NCBI GenBank assembly: GCA_046290225.1
Contig: JBKAGE010000005.1
Span: 1 to 64,000 of the forward strand
DNA length: 64,000 nt
Source of the DNA: Bradymonadia bacterium
GTDB taxonomy: Bacteria > Myxococcota_A > Bradymonadia > UBA7976 > UBA1532
Direction: 5' to 3'
Every line of letters starts with the position of its first letter. Position 1 is the first letter of the stretch. The notes beneath the pieces are model-generated. The model saw only the letters and a list, made by a program, of their open reading frames with translations, was not told the origin of the DNA and searched no databases. Position numbers and translations under genes: made by a program. Shown here one piece after another: positions 16,779 to 27,981 of this stretch.

Positions 16779-18494
16779 ATGGCCAGCCCCTTACGCACTG
16801 CATTGCTTTGTCTCGGTACCCTCACCTGCGTCGGATGTGGTGGTGGCAAAACCACGCCCGACGATGCGGCCCCAGAGGCACAAGCCGGGACACCAGCCAG
16901 GGTCAAGAACGTCATCTTGATGATCGGTGACGGCATGGGCCCTCAGCAGGTGGGCTTGCTCGAGGCCTATGCCACCCGAGCGCCGAACTCGATCTACGAA
17001 GGCCGACCCACCGGGTTCCATCAGCTCATGGATGAAGGAGAGCTCGGTATGAGCCGACACTACCCCGCCGACGGGGTGGTCGTCGACAGCGCCTGCTCGG
17101 CCACTCAGCTCGCCACCGGTGCCCCTGCAGGGCTCGAGATGGTGGGGCTCGACGCCCAGGGCAACCCGGCGCAGACCATCATCGAGCTGGGCCGTGAGAT
17201 GGGCAAGGCCACCGGCATTGTCTCCGATACCCGCATCACCCACGCCACCCCAGCGTCATTCGCCGCTCATGTGGCCCATCGATCCATGGAGAACGAGATC
17301 GCCATCCAGATGCTCGCGGCGAACGTCGACGTGTTGCTCTCGGGTGGCCTTCAGCGTTGGGTACCCAAGGGCTATGACAAGGCCGCCGTAGGCCAGATGG
17401 TCGGTGGCGCCTTCACGTTGAAGTCGTCCAAGCGCAAAGACGATCGCGATCTGCTCGCCGAGGCCAGAGCTGCGGGGTACAGCATCGCCTTTGATCGCAA
17501 AGGGCTCGACACTGCGAGCGACAAGGTACTCGGCCTCTTTGCGTGGTCCGGCATGGCCGACGGCATCACCCACAGCGCGCACAAAGATAAAGCCGACCGG
17601 CGCCAGCCCACCCTCAAAGAGATGACCATGGCCGCCCTCGATCGGCTCTCCAAAGATCCCGACGGCTTTGTGCTCATGGTGGAGGGGGGGCAGATCGACT
17701 GGGCAGGCCACAGCAACGACGCTGGGCAGATGCTGCACGAGATGCTGAAGTTCGACGAGGCTGTGGGGTATGTGCACCAGTGGGTGAAGGCCCGCAAAGA
17801 GAACGACACCTTGCTCGTGGTCACCGCAGATCACGAGACGGGATCATTCGGCTTCAGCTACAGCCGCAACGACTTGCCCGAGGGCAAGAAGCTCCCTGGC
17901 AGTGGCTTCGACGGCCTCACCTACCGCCCCAGCTTCAACTTTGGCCATGTCGACAAGCTCGCCATGCTCTACCAGCAGTCCAAGACCTTCGGGCAGATGG
18001 TGGGCCAGCTCGCTGACGAGACGCGAAAGCGTCCCGGCGATTTGAAGATCGACTACGACGCGGACAGCCCTACAGAGATCACCCGAAAAGAGAAGGCCCG
18101 AGCTCAGGCCATGCGCGAGATCTTCAACGCCCACAGCGCCTTCAAGATCGACGAGGCTCAGGCACTGCGCATGGTGCAGATGGAGCCCAACGCGTATCAC
18201 GTCGAGGGCGAATATCGAGATGGCCATCCCCACAAGTACATGAAGCAGAAGTGGGTGCCCAAGTTCGACGACATGGAAGAGTTTTATGTGAACGGCACCT
18301 ACGACATCAAAGGCCTCATGGGCCGTGTCGTGGCACCGCTTCAGGGGGTGGTCTGGGGCACTGGTACACACACGCACACGCCGGTACCCGTCATCAGCTA
18401 TGGGCCCACAGAGGCCACTGCGCTCTTTAAGGGCTTAATCCACCACGTAGAAATCGGCCAGGGCCTCAAGGCAGTCCTCGAATCAAGCCGATGA
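16779..18494 (+). CDS. phoA: alkaline phosphatase (PhoA family), lipoprotein
   Basis: IGDGMG, catalytic DSA, THATPA, VEGGQIDWAGH, TADHETG and HT; AGGAG RBS; lipobox VGC. Confidence 0.93.
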   Translation: MASPLRTALLCLGTLTCVGCGGGKTTPDDAAPEAQAGTPARVKNVILMIGDGMGPQQVGLLEAYATRAPNSIYEGRPTGFHQLMDEGELGMSRHYPADGVVVDSACSATQLATGAPAGLEMVGLDAQGNPAQTIIELGREMGKATGIVSDTRITHATPASFAAHVAHRSMENEIAIQMLAANVDVLLSGGLQRWVPKGYDKAAVGQMVGGAFTLKSSKRKDDRDLLAEARAAGYSIAFDRKGLDTASDKVLGLFAWSGMADGITHSAHKDKADRRQPTLKEMTMAALDRLSKDPDGFVLMVEGGQIDWAGHSNDAGQMLHEMLKFDEAVGYVHQWVKARKENDTLLVVTADHETGSFGFSYSRNDLPEGKKLPGSGFDGLTYRPSFNFGHVDKLAMLYQQSKTFGQMVGQLADETRKRPGDLKIDYDADSPTEITRKEKARAQAMREIFNAHSAFKIDEAQALRMVQMEPNAYHVEGEYRDGHPHKYMKQKWVPKFDDMEEFYVNGTYDIKGLMGRVVAPLQGVVWGTGTHTHTPVPVISYGPTEATALFKGLIHHVEIGQGLKAVLESSR

Positions 18495-18792
18495 ATGAGT
18501 TGTATGCACGGTGTTCATACTTGGAAGGCCTGAACATCATACCCAATTGAGGCCACCCTGTTTTGAAGTGGGACATCCGTGACCCGCTCTATTGAGAGAT
18601 AATCATGCATGACGATGTCTGAATTTGTTGGGGCTGATACGTCCGAATCTCTGCTTCGTTCACTCAAATGATTGTTTGTGACACAGGGGTTATCTTTGAA
18701 GATGTATCCGCCGAAACAAAAACAATGAACCGAGGGAAGTGAAGCTGATTAACCCTCAACGGGTTATGTGGTCACACCGAGAAAGGCCCATT

Positions 18793-20094
18793 ATGTTTCG
18801 CAAAAAAAATCGAGAGACGGCAGATGACAATGGCGCTTTGGCCGAGGCTCAGGCGCGTCTGAGTGCGATCGACCGCGCTCAGGCAGTCATCGAGTTCGAA
18901 CTCGACGGTACCATCGTCACCGCGAACGAGAATTTCTTGAAGACGATGGGATACAGCCTGAGCGAGATCCAGGGGCGCCATCACCGCATGTTCGCGGAGT
19001 CGGCGTACGCTGAGAGCGCGGAATACCGTGCATTTTGGGATGATCTGAGGCGCGGTGAGTTCAAAGTCGACGAGTTCAGGCGCTTGGGCAAGGGTGGCAA
19101 GGAGGTGTGGATCCAGGCCTCTTACAACCCGCTGTTCGACGCAAGCGGTCGCCCTTACCGGGTGGTCAAGTTCGCCACCGACATCACCGAGCGCGTACAC
19201 GCTGTTCAGGAGACGTGTCGAGTGATGCGATCCCTGGCTGCCGGTGAGCTCAACCAGTACATGGGTACGCACTACTCGGGCATGTTCGGTGACCTGGCTG
19301 CCGACATCAACAGCACCGTGAAGCAGCTGCAGACCATGGTGAGCCAAATCACGAGTACCTCCACCATGATCGCTGGTGGTGTGGACGACATCGCTCAGGG
19401 GAACCACAACCTCGCCCACATGAGCCAGGAGCAGGCCACCTCTCTGCAGCAGACGACGAGCACGCTCGAGGAGCTGACGAGCACTGTGCAGCAGAATGCC
19501 GGCAACGCACAGCAAGCAAGCTCGGTGGCGCACAACGCTGTGGAGATCGCTGCTCAGGGCGGTGACGTGGTGCGAGATGCCGTGAGCGCCATGAGCGAGA
19601 TCAATGCCTCGAGTCAGCGTATCTCCGACATCCTTGGTGTGATCAACGACATCGCCGCAAAGACGAACTTGCTGGCTTTGAATGCCACCATCGAGGCTGC
19701 CAGAGCTGGTGAGGCGGGCAAAGGCTTTGCTGTCGTCGCCGACGAGGTCAAGGGTCTGGCCAAGAGAAGCGCCGAGGCGGCGACTGAAATCTCAGCGCTC
19801 ATCAGCGACAGCGCCGACAAGGTGTCCGAGGGTGCGCGGCTGGTGAACCGCTCAGGCGAAGCCCTCGCCGCGATTGTGGAGTCGGTCCAACAGGTGTCCG
19901 ACTTCATCGGAGAGATCGCCAACGCCAGCAGCGAGCAGTCCGAAGCATTGGCTCAGGCCAACGTGGCCATCTTGCAGATGAGCGGTGTGGTGCAAGAGAA
20001 CGCCAAGGTTGCCCAGGCGGCGTCGACCACAAGTGATGCCCTCAAAGAGCAGGCCCAGCTGCTCAATGGTGCGGTGAGCACGTTCAGCCTCTGA
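18793..20094 (+). CDS. soluble methyl-accepting chemotaxis protein with a PAS domain
   Basis: PAS/PAC ([27 protein letters not shown]); MCP hairpin [33 protein letters not shown]; no TM segment. Confidence 0.93.
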   Translation: MFRKKNRETADDNGALAEAQARLSAIDRAQAVIEFELDGTIVTANENFLKTMGYSLSEIQGRHHRMFAESAYAESAEYRAFWDDLRRGEFKVDEFRRLGKGGKEVWIQASYNPLFDASGRPYRVVKFATDITERVHAVQETCRVMRSLAAGELNQYMGTHYSGMFGDLAADINSTVKQLQTMVSQITSTSTMIAGGVDDIAQGNHNLAHMSQEQATSLQQTTSTLEELTSTVQQNAGNAQQASSVAHNAVEIAAQGGDVVRDAVSAMSEINASSQRISDILGVINDIAAKTNLLALNATIEAARAGEAGKGFAVVADEVKGLAKRSAEAATEISALISDSADKVSEGARLVNRSGEALAAIVESVQQVSDFIGEIANASSEQSEALAQANVAILQMSGVVQENAKVAQAASTTSDALKEQAQLLNGAVSTFSL

Positions 20095-20170
20095 GTTGAA
20101 GCGCGCCGAAACGTTCAATGCCTCGCATGTGTTCTGTTTTGTTCTGCACGGAGGATGAGACGCTCGGCGG

Positions 20171-21688
20171 TCACACCCGCTCGTGGGGCATGCGCTCACG
20201 AGGTGCCCGGAACACCTGCCCTGGTGAGTACCGTAGGAAGTTGCTCACCCGGCTGGTGTAGACGTCAGCGTACTCTTCCACCTGGTTGCCGAAGGCGCTG
20301 CGCTCGTTGAGCTCGCGGAACAGGCGGCCCCAATAGGGGTTGAAGCGGGCGTCCACCTCGGCTTCGAGGCTGTGCAGATCTTCGAGGGAGCGCTTCATCA
20401 AGTCACGGCGCTGGTCGAGCTCTTTTCGGGTCTGGCTCGTGGCACGCTCGAGGGCGCTGCTCTCAGCGCCGGTGATGCCCCCGGCGATGTCGCCCACCCG
20501 CGACAAGCTCTTGAGCAGCGTCGAGCGGTAGTTGATCTCGTGGTCGAGGCGCTGGGTGGCCTCTTCCAGGGCGTGCAGGCGGGTCAGCTCAGACGACAAC
20601 GTGTTGGTCAGGGTGAGGGTCTCCTCCATTTCCTGAATCACCAGGGCCGTGCGCCACGAGGAGTCTTTCTTCGAGCGCAGGATGTCGCCGTAGATGTGAT
20701 CCCCCACATAGAGGATCTGATCCGCCTCACCACGGCCCCACATGCGCTCCATGTCCTTGAAGTTGCCCCCCTGGTAGATCTTGTGGCGCTCCAGAGTCGT
20801 GGCATTGCCGATGGGCTCGCCGTCGACGTTGAGCTCCACGAAGGGCTCCTCCTGCACGAAGAACCGGGGCTTCCGGGCCGACACCACCACCAGATCGAAG
20901 TAGTTGCGCCACGAGGGGTAGCGGGGCATCACCCCGTCGAGCAGGTACTTCATCACCGCGTCGGTGTAGACCCACTCGCTGTTGGTGAGCAGGAACAGGC
21001 GCTTTCCGGCGCTCCGCAGCTTGTGCAGCGTGGGGCCGAGATCGGTGTCCCGCACGATGAAGCGGCCGATATCGGCCATGATGACTTCTTTCATCGACAT
21101 GTCGGCGTGGGCGAGGTCGATGCACTCCCGGATGTCGTTCACCAGCTGCTCATAGCTGGCCACGGGGATCTCCCGGCCGTTGCCCTCGTAGTACTCCACG
21201 ATGCCGGCACAGAGCGTGGCCTCGGGCAAGCTGAAGAGGGTGTCGATCCAGGCGAAGCGGGCAGGGTCGAACTTGAAGTTGCGGCCGCCGTAGAGGGCCT
21301 TCACCTCTTCTTGAGGCACCGCGGTGTAGCCGTGGTAGCAGCGGCCCACCTGACGATGGGCGTCGAGCTTGAAGATGTTGCCCTTGGCCTTGTCCACCAT
21401 GAGGCCGCGGATGATGAAGTCGTGATCGAGGGGGATGGTGGTGATCTCTTCGGGGTAGCCCTTGCGGGTCACCATGCGCTCCACCGTGGCCTTGATCGAC
21501 AAGGCGTCGATGGCTTCCTGGTAGTAGGGCGCGAGGGTGTAGTCCATGTCGAAGCCGATGACGTCGATCTGGGACAGATTGAGGTCGCGGTTGACGTAGA
21601 TCTGGCGCCCCGGGTCTCTGGGGGACTCGTCTTCGAGGATGGCGGCGAGTTCGGGGGGGAGGAGACCACGGTTGTAAAGGGCGCTCAT
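20171..21688 (-). CDS. HAD-IG family 5'-nucleotidase (cN-II-like)
   Basis: GFDMDYTL, FLLTNS, ARKPRFF, YVGDHIYGDI, YADVYTS. Confidence 0.92.
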   Translation of the reverse strand: MSALYNRGLLPPELAAILEDESPRDPGRQIYVNRDLNLSQIDVIGFDMDYTLAPYYQEAIDALSIKATVERMVTRKGYPEEITTIPLDHDFIIRGLMVDKAKGNIFKLDAHRQVGRCYHGYTAVPQEEVKALYGGRNFKFDPARFAWIDTLFSLPEATLCAGIVEYYEGNGREIPVASYEQLVNDIRECIDLAHADMSMKEVIMADIGRFIVRDTDLGPTLHKLRSAGKRLFLLTNSEWVYTDAVMKYLLDGVMPRYPSWRNYFDLVVVSARKPRFFVQEEPFVELNVDGEPIGNATTLERHKIYQGGNFKDMERMWGRGEADQILYVGDHIYGDILRSKKDSSWRTALVIQEMEETLTLTNTLSSELTRLHALEEATQRLDHEINYRSTLLKSLSRVGDIAGGITGAESSALERATSQTRKELDQRRDLMKRSLEDLHSLEAEVDARFNPYWGRLFRELNERSAFGNQVEEYADVYTSRVSNFLRYSPGQVFRAPRERMPHERV

Positions 21689-21705
21689 ATCACCTCAGTG
21701 CTGTT

Positions 21706-24702
21706 TCAACGTATCGAGTAAATATACACAATCCCACGGCTACCGCGATGATTCGGGGCCCCGACGAAGAGCCGGCGGGTGCCGTCGGCGCCGGGCTCGG
21801 TGACCATGACCATGTTGCCGTAGCCGTCGCTTTCTTCGCTGAGAGTGACGATCTCGTTGGTGGCACGGTGCACGATGTCCACCCGGCCGGCCCCGTCATT
21901 GCCCACAACGAGGGCGTCGGCAGCGTCTTGCGGCCGAGGCAATGTGGCCAGCCGATGACCCTGCCGCCCGTTGTTGAGGCTGGCGCTGTAGCTGCCGAAA
22001 GCCTGCCCCTGAAGGTTGTAGAAATAGACCACTCCGGCCTCGTTCTGCCCTTCGCTGTCGGCCTGTGGGGCGCCGACGGCGAGGGTGATCGGGGCCCCTG
22101 GAGACCAGCGGCCTGCCGTGGCGTCCTCACCAAAGCTGGCGTTGGTCGGCGCCGGTGGCGCCAGCGCGCCGGTGGGCACGCCGAACTCGAGGCCCTGGCT
22201 GTCGAAGGCCAGCAACAGGCGCTCGTCATCGAAGCGGGTGGTGGCCAGCAGGTCTTGCAAGCCATCGTTCCGGGGGATCGGGCTGACGAAGATGCGCTCG
22301 CCGAGGCGAGCGTCATCGAAGAAGTCGAGGCGCCCCAGGTCGTTGCGCTCGGGAGACGGGTTGAACTCGAAGGTGAAGAGGCGCCCGCCTTCGTCATTGG
22401 CGTCGAATTGCCCCATGGCGAGATCGTCAGTGCCCAGACCGCCGAATTGCCCGGCGAGCATCTGGCGCCCGATGCGCTCGTCGTCGTTCGAGGTCAGCGT
22501 CAGCAGAAAATCGCTCTCGGCGCTGAAGAAGTAGACCCGCCCGCGGGGGCTATCGCCGCCGTTCCAGGCGTCGGGAGCGCCCACGGCAAGGCGACGGCCG
22601 TTGCCGCCGAAGTTGCCGATGGCCATGCTCGTGCCGGCGCGGCCGTCGAGCTCACGGGTCCAGATGGTGCCACCCGTGGCGCCGCTCACGGCGAAGATCG
22701 AACGGGCGATGAAGCTGCGTCGAGGGGCCGCCACGATGGCGTCGGGCACCCCGTCACCGTCGAGATCGTCGAAGGCGATGATGTTCTCGCCAAAGCCCGT
22801 GCCCAGAGAGCCCTCTTCGGTTCTGGCCACGGACACGACACAGATCTGGTCGAGATCTTCGTCCACCTGGCCATCACAGTCATCGTCCGCGCCGTTACAC
22901 GACTCCGGGCCACAGCCGTTGCAGACGAGGCCTTCATCGACGTTGCCGTCACAATCGTTGTCGATGCCGTCACAGACCTCGTCACTGACTTCGGGGCCTT
23001 CACCGTCACAGAAGACTTCACCGGCGCCGTCGCTGCAGGCCACCACCCCTTCGGAGACGCACACACCCACCTGGATCAGACAGGGCAGGCCCACGTCGGG
23101 GAACTCTTCGTCCACCTCACCGTCACAGTCGTCGTCGAGGGCGTTGCAGATCTCTGCTTGGGGTGGGGTCGTGGCGGCGTTGCAGCGTGCTTCTCCGCCG
23201 TCACAGAACACCTCGCCCCGGGCTGCGCAGATGCCCTCGCCCACCTCGCAGAGATCACCGAGCTCGGGGTAGTCCTCGTCGATGCGGCCATCACAGTCGT
23301 TGTCTGCCTCGTCGCAGCGCTCTGGCTCGGGATCGCTGGGCCGTACGCTGCAGATGCTGCCACCGTTGCCGGTGCAGATGACCTCGCCGGTGTTGGCGCA
23401 GAGGCCTTCGCCCACCACGCACACCTCGCCCACGAGGAAGCCCTCGTCGGTGGCACCATCACAGTCGTTGTCGAGTGCGTCACAGATCTCCTGGCCACCA
23501 GGACCAGGCGTCGCGTTGCAGAACGTGGTGTTCTCGTCGAAGCAGACCACGCGGCCCACCCGGGCACATTCTCCGAGGCCCGATTCACATCGATCGTCGA
23601 GCTCGGGGTAGTCCTCATCGACGCTGCCGTCGCAGTCGTCATCGATGCGGTTGCACTGCTCTACAGGTGTGGGCCCGCACTGGCCGCAGGCATTGAGGGT
23701 GTTCTCGTCGATGCGACCATCGCAGTCGTTGTCGGTGCCGTCACAGACCTCGTCTTCCGGGCCGATGTCGTCACAGGCGCCGAAACTCTGCTCGGCGTTG
23801 CACAGCTGAATACCCGCACGACACGCCCCGATGTCGCTGCCGCAGGGGCGGGTGTCGCCGGGGATGCAGCAGTTCTCCACGCCCTCGTCGATGGCACCGT
23901 CGCAGTCATTGTCGAGGGTGTCGCACAGCTCGTCGGCGGCAGGCTGAGGCTCGGCATCACAGAAGACCGCGTCATTGTCTTCCGTGCATCTTATGGTGCC
24001 CTCAGAGGCACAGAGGCCGATGCCCACCGTGCAGCCCTGGCCGAGGCCTTCGTAGCCCTCGTCGGCACGGCCGTCGCAGTCGTTGTCCTGCTCGTCGCAG
24101 ATCTCGGGGCTGGCCACACACGGATCGCACACATCACCGAACTCATCGCCGTCGTCGTTGCGCTGGTCGGGATTGAAGACGTCAGGGCAGTTGTCGAGAT
24201 CGTCGGGTACGCCGTCGCCATCCGTGTCCGCAGGTGCAGCATCGGGTACGGCAGCGTCAGTGATGCCCTCGTCCGGGTCGATCACATCAGCGTCGGCGTC
24301 GAGATCTGCATCTGCCTGGAGATCTGCGTCGGTCTCGACGTCCATGTCCTCTGAAGGCTCGCCACCGACGCCGCCCATGCCAGCATCGAGATCGAAGCCA
24401 CCGGCACCGCCATCTCCACCGATGGCACCACCAAAGCCACCAGCGCCGCCAAACCCTCCGGCACCCGTGTCGGCACCATCAATGCCGCCATCCTGCCCTG
24501 GCAGGGTGCCTACGAAGGCATCGGGGAAATCGACTGTGCCGTCGAGGTCTTCGCCGAAGTTGGGGTTGTCAGTGGTGCACGACCAGGCTGTGAGGCTGGC
24601 GAGGAGCGCTATGGAGACACGGCGCAGGGAGGGTGGGAGTCCAGTCTTCATGTCATTCTTTGTACCACATTTGTGCACCCCGTGTTCGGGAGGTGCCGAC
24701 AT
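21706..24702 (-). CDS. surface lipoprotein with nine Cys-rich CDxxD(N/D)DCDG repeats and a C-terminal FG-GAP (integrin alpha-like) propeller
   Basis: AWSC lipobox, Gly-rich linker, one TSP3-like unit, 9 D(N/D)DCDGxxDE repeats, [10 protein letters not shown] and several VGAP motifs. The start may be 24651. Confidence 0.88.
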   Translation of the reverse strand: MSAPPEHGVHKCGTKNDMKTGLPPSLRRVSIALLASLTAWSCTTDNPNFGEDLDGTVDFPDAFVGTLPGQDGGIDGADTGAGGFGGAGGFGGAIGGDGGAGGFDLDAGMGGVGGEPSEDMDVETDADLQADADLDADADVIDPDEGITDAAVPDAAPADTDGDGVPDDLDNCPDVFNPDQRNDDGDEFGDVCDPCVASPEICDEQDNDCDGRADEGYEGLGQGCTVGIGLCASEGTIRCTEDNDAVFCDAEPQPAADELCDTLDNDCDGAIDEGVENCCIPGDTRPCGSDIGACRAGIQLCNAEQSFGACDDIGPEDEVCDGTDNDCDGRIDENTLNACGQCGPTPVEQCNRIDDDCDGSVDEDYPELDDRCESGLGECARVGRVVCFDENTTFCNATPGPGGQEICDALDNDCDGATDEGFLVGEVCVVGEGLCANTGEVICTGNGGSICSVRPSDPEPERCDEADNDCDGRIDEDYPELGDLCEVGEGICAARGEVFCDGGEARCNAATTPPQAEICNALDDDCDGEVDEEFPDVGLPCLIQVGVCVSEGVVACSDGAGEVFCDGEGPEVSDEVCDGIDNDCDGNVDEGLVCNGCGPESCNGADDDCDGQVDEDLDQICVVSVARTEEGSLGTGFGENIIAFDDLDGDGVPDAIVAAPRRSFIARSIFAVSGATGGTIWTRELDGRAGTSMAIGNFGGNGRRLAVGAPDAWNGGDSPRGRVYFFSAESDFLLTLTSNDDERIGRQMLAGQFGGLGTDDLAMGQFDANDEGGRLFTFEFNPSPERNDLGRLDFFDDARLGERIFVSPIPRNDGLQDLLATTRFDDERLLLAFDSQGLEFGVPTGALAPPAPTNASFGEDATAGRWSPGAPITLAVGAPQADSEGQNEAGVVYFYNLQGQAFGSYSASLNNGRQGHRLATLPRPQDAADALVVGNDGAGRVDIVHRATNEIVTLSEESDGYGNMVMVTEPGADGTRRLFVGAPNHRGSRGIVYIYSIR

Positions 24703-24844
24703 GGGTAAAGATTACAGTGCCAGTGGAGGGTTGTGTGTCGCAAACCGGTGAAGGAGACTTAAAGCATCGATCGCCACCATCCTCACCGGCCTGGCCCTGT
24801 GTCGGCATGTGCCGGCCTCATCGTGTAGAGCGAGCACCAAACCC

Positions 24845-25831
24845 ATGTGGACCTTCGACGAGCTCGATCCTCAAATCGACGACATCCGCGAGCGGATCCT
24901 GACCCACGGCAAGCGGCTCGGTGACTACTTCGTCAACCGCCGTGAGGAGATCGAACTCGCGGTGTTGTGCACAGCCGCTCAGGAGCCTCTGCTCTTCGTG
25001 GGGGCGCCAGGTACGGCGAAGAGCGATTTGGTGGTGAAGTTCGTGGAGAGTACGGGCCTCGACAAGGCGTCGTACTTCGAATACATGCTCACCAAGTTCA
25101 CCGAGCCCAGCGAGATCCTGGGGCCCATCGATCTCGAGCAGCTCAAGACCGGGCGATTCACCCGCCGGACTTCGGGCATGTTGCCCGAGGGCGTGGTGGT
25201 GTTCCTCGACGAGATCTTCAAGTCGAACAGCGCCATCTTGAACACCCTGCTCACCATCTTGAACGAGCGGAAGTTCTATCAAGACGGCGCCCCGACACCG
25301 GTGGCCCTGAAGATGCTCTTCGCCGCCACCAACGAGATCCCCGAGCAGACCGAGCTCGAAGCCCTCGCAGATCGCTTCGTCATCAAGATCGAGACGCTGC
25401 CGGTGAAGGACACGCACTTTGAGGCCCTCATCGAGGCGGGCATGCGCAACGAAGGCTGGAAGGCCACTGGTCAGCGTCCGTGGGTCGACGGCACGGCGAG
25501 CCTCGAGGATTACTTCAAGTTCAAGCGCTACATGGATCTGATGTTCTCCGGGGTGAACGGCGGCTCGGAGACCTTCGAGCGCTGGTTCCCGCGATCGCTC
25601 CGAGCGGAGTTCCGCCGCGTGATCCGAGCCCTCGAGGCGGAGGACAAGGTCTACATCAGCGATCGCAAAGTGGTGAAGCTCTACAAGCTCATCTGCACCC
25701 GGGCCTTCTTGTTCCACGGCGGCGCGGTCCAGCGAGACGATCTGCGCCTGCTCTGTTACGTGGGTAACAAGCGACACGAGCTCGCCCCAGTGGCGGCGAA
25801 GGTGAAGGCGCTCCTGGGCCTCGACGCCTGA
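24845..25831 (+). CDS. MoxR/RavA-like AAA+ ATPase
   Basis: Walker A GAPGTAKS, YFEYMLTKFTEPSEILGP, Walker B FLDEIFK, NSAILNTLL, ALADRF. Confidence 0.93.
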   Translation: MWTFDELDPQIDDIRERILTHGKRLGDYFVNRREEIELAVLCTAAQEPLLFVGAPGTAKSDLVVKFVESTGLDKASYFEYMLTKFTEPSEILGPIDLEQLKTGRFTRRTSGMLPEGVVVFLDEIFKSNSAILNTLLTILNERKFYQDGAPTPVALKMLFAATNEIPEQTELEALADRFVIKIETLPVKDTHFEALIEAGMRNEGWKATGQRPWVDGTASLEDYFKFKRYMDLMFSGVNGGSETFERWFPRSLRAEFRRVIRALEAEDKVYISDRKVVKLYKLICTRAFLFHGGAVQRDDLRLLCYVGNKRHELAPVAAKVKALLGLDA

Positions 25832-25834
25832 GTG

Positions 25835-27292
25835 ATGGCTGCTCTCGACGTCAACGGGCTGTTGCCCTCCATCACTGCTGGTGCCTGGCTTGTCGGTGTC
25901 GCGGTGCCTCCGCGAGAGGGGGTGCCCGAGGCGCTGTCGTGGTTGAGGGCGCGCTGGTCCGAGGGTGATGAGCACTTGCCCTTCACCCTGGTGCACGATC
26001 TCGGACACATGCTGTTGTTGGGTCCCCATGTGCGGCTGGGCTCGAGCAGTCATCTACCGCTGTGGCCCTCAGAAGAGCGGGCCGCCCGCCTCGCCTACGA
26101 AGATCGACTGCTTTCTCAATGGCTCATCGACCCAGGGGTCTATGTGGCCCATAGCGCCATCGCGGGGATGTCTCCAGAGTGGCGCCCCCAAGCGGTGTGT
26201 CACGCGCTGGGCCTCGCCCTGGCTCAGCCTCTGCGCGATCTCGAGGCGCTGCCCATGGGAAACGCGGCCCATGTGCGCAATCGCCATGACGTCCTCGTCG
26301 AAGGGCTGCCCGAAGGTTTCGAAGGCTGGCTTCAGCCCGATCAAACCCGGGTGCCTGATCCGGAGTGGGTGGGCTTCGTGGCCGACATCATCGAGGTGTG
26401 TGTCGAGGCCCTCTCAGGCCGCCCGCTGTTCTCCGAGACCGATCTGTGGGAGATCGCCCATCTGCCCGATCTGCCCAGTGATTCGGCCCGCCTGGCGCTG
26501 AGGCAACTGCACCGCGCTGCAGAGCGGGTGGGGCAGGCGGGGCCCTCGGTATCGGTGCACGTGCGCCGTCGAGCGCAAGAGGCCCCCGTCGACGACGACA
26601 GCGCCGACGAGTTTCCTGCTGGGGGCTTCGACGCCATCAGCCCCCGAGGGCGCATCGAGAACCTCGTACGCAGTGAGCTGGGCTACGCTGGAGAGGCGGT
26701 GGAGATCCCCGGAGGCCAGGTCGATTTGTTCGATCTGCGCTTCTTTCAGAGCGAGCTGCTGTATTACACCCGAGACGAGAGCCCGCTCTTCGACGCCCGA
26801 CGTCGTTTCACCTGTGTCATCGATCGTCCCAGCGCGCTGCGTCATAAGGTGCAGGGCCTGCCGGCACAAACCCTGGTGATGGTGCAGGGCTTCGCGATGG
26901 CGTTGCTCGCAGATTTGATTCGTCCCGGTATGTTGGGGCCTCAAGCGGTCTCGATGGACTGGTTCTGGGTCGAGGCCGATGCGGAAGACACAGCGGTGAT
27001 CGCCGAGGAGTCGCCTCTGATCCACCTGAGCCTCGCCGCCGACGTGGCGCACCACCGCGTGCGCTTCGACAGCATCGAGGGGGTGCATGACGAGCGCTTG
27101 CCGCGATGCCCGATGTTGGTTTTTTCCCCGTTGAGGCCTCCGAAGATCAAAAATCGAGCGGGATCCCGCCGCACACTCTGGATACAGGTGGGTGAGGCGA
27201 GCTGGCGTTTGGGCGATCGACATTGGGCGGTGAAGCGGCCTGAACAGATGAGGGCCCTGGCAGATGAGGTGCTCGTGGAGCTGATCGGTTGA
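25835..27292 (+). CDS. MoxR-associated partner protein (ViaA/vWA-like, divergent)
   Basis: Directly downstream of the MoxR gene; GGFDAISPRGRIENLVRSEL...FDLRFFQSELLYY resembles the pre-vWA motif of MoxR partners. Confidence 0.7.
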   Translation: MAALDVNGLLPSITAGAWLVGVAVPPREGVPEALSWLRARWSEGDEHLPFTLVHDLGHMLLLGPHVRLGSSSHLPLWPSEERAARLAYEDRLLSQWLIDPGVYVAHSAIAGMSPEWRPQAVCHALGLALAQPLRDLEALPMGNAAHVRNRHDVLVEGLPEGFEGWLQPDQTRVPDPEWVGFVADIIEVCVEALSGRPLFSETDLWEIAHLPDLPSDSARLALRQLHRAAERVGQAGPSVSVHVRRRAQEAPVDDDSADEFPAGGFDAISPRGRIENLVRSELGYAGEAVEIPGGQVDLFDLRFFQSELLYYTRDESPLFDARRRFTCVIDRPSALRHKVQGLPAQTLVMVQGFAMALLADLIRPGMLGPQAVSMDWFWVEADAEDTAVIAEESPLIHLSLAADVAHHRVRFDSIEGVHDERLPRCPMLVFSPLRPPKIKNRAGSRRTLWIQVGEASWRLGDRHWAVKRPEQMRALADEVLVELIG

Positions 27293-27948
27293 GTGAAGAG
27301 AAGCATTCAACGGCGAATGGAGCAGGTGACGGGGATCGCTGGTCGATCGAGCGCGTCGCCGCAGAGCCCGAGCACACGCGGCGACGGGCCGTGGAGGCCT
27401 GGCTGGCCCAGAGCCCGACCCGCACTGCCCTGAGCACCCTCGCCGAGGCCGAGGTCGACCCTGAGGTGTGCGAGATCGTACGTGATCATCTGGTCCAGCA
27501 GGGCGTCCGGGTGCCCTGGTCTGTGGTGGCGCCCTTCCTCAAGGGAGAGCCGTGTCGCAGCCCCTGGGCGGTGCTGGTGGAGCCTCGGGCTGGCGAGCCA
27601 CCGCCGTTGTGGTGGCTCATCGAGTCCGCTGCGGCCTCGAGGTCGTTGCCCTGGGGCTGGGGTCATTTCACCGCGGGTGATCGCTGGGGCGGGCTCTGGC
27701 ACGTGATGGGGGCGGCCCTCGATCAGGTGCCCAGCGGTGGTCTCGAAGCAAAAGAGGCCCACACGCTGAAGAAGCTGCGCAGCAAACTCGTGAAGTGGGC
27801 AGAACAGATCCACGACGAGGACGACAGCGTCGATGGCAGCTGGGACGGCAGCTGGGAGGCGGTGCCCGACAGCCTCGGCGGCCGCAGCCCCACGGTCTGG
27901 CTCGCCCTCGTCGACGACTTGCTCGGAGAAGGCCCTGATGCGACCTGA
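27289..27948 (+). CDS. hypothetical protein, third gene of the MoxR operon
   Basis: TTG start overlaps the upstream TGA; Trp-rich; no recognisable domain. Confidence 0.6.
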   Translation: MSEEKHSTANGAGDGDRWSIERVAAEPEHTRRRAVEAWLAQSPTRTALSTLAEAEVDPEVCEIVRDHLVQQGVRVPWSVVAPFLKGEPCRSPWAVLVEPRAGEPPPLWWLIESAAASRSLPWGWGHFTAGDRWGGLWHVMGAALDQVPSGGLEAKEAHTLKKLRSKLVKWAEQIHDEDDSVDGSWDGSWEAVPDSLGGRSPTVWLALVDDLLGEGPDAT

Positions 27949-27981
27949 GGTGCATCTCTGCATCTTGGAGTCGGAGGTAAG

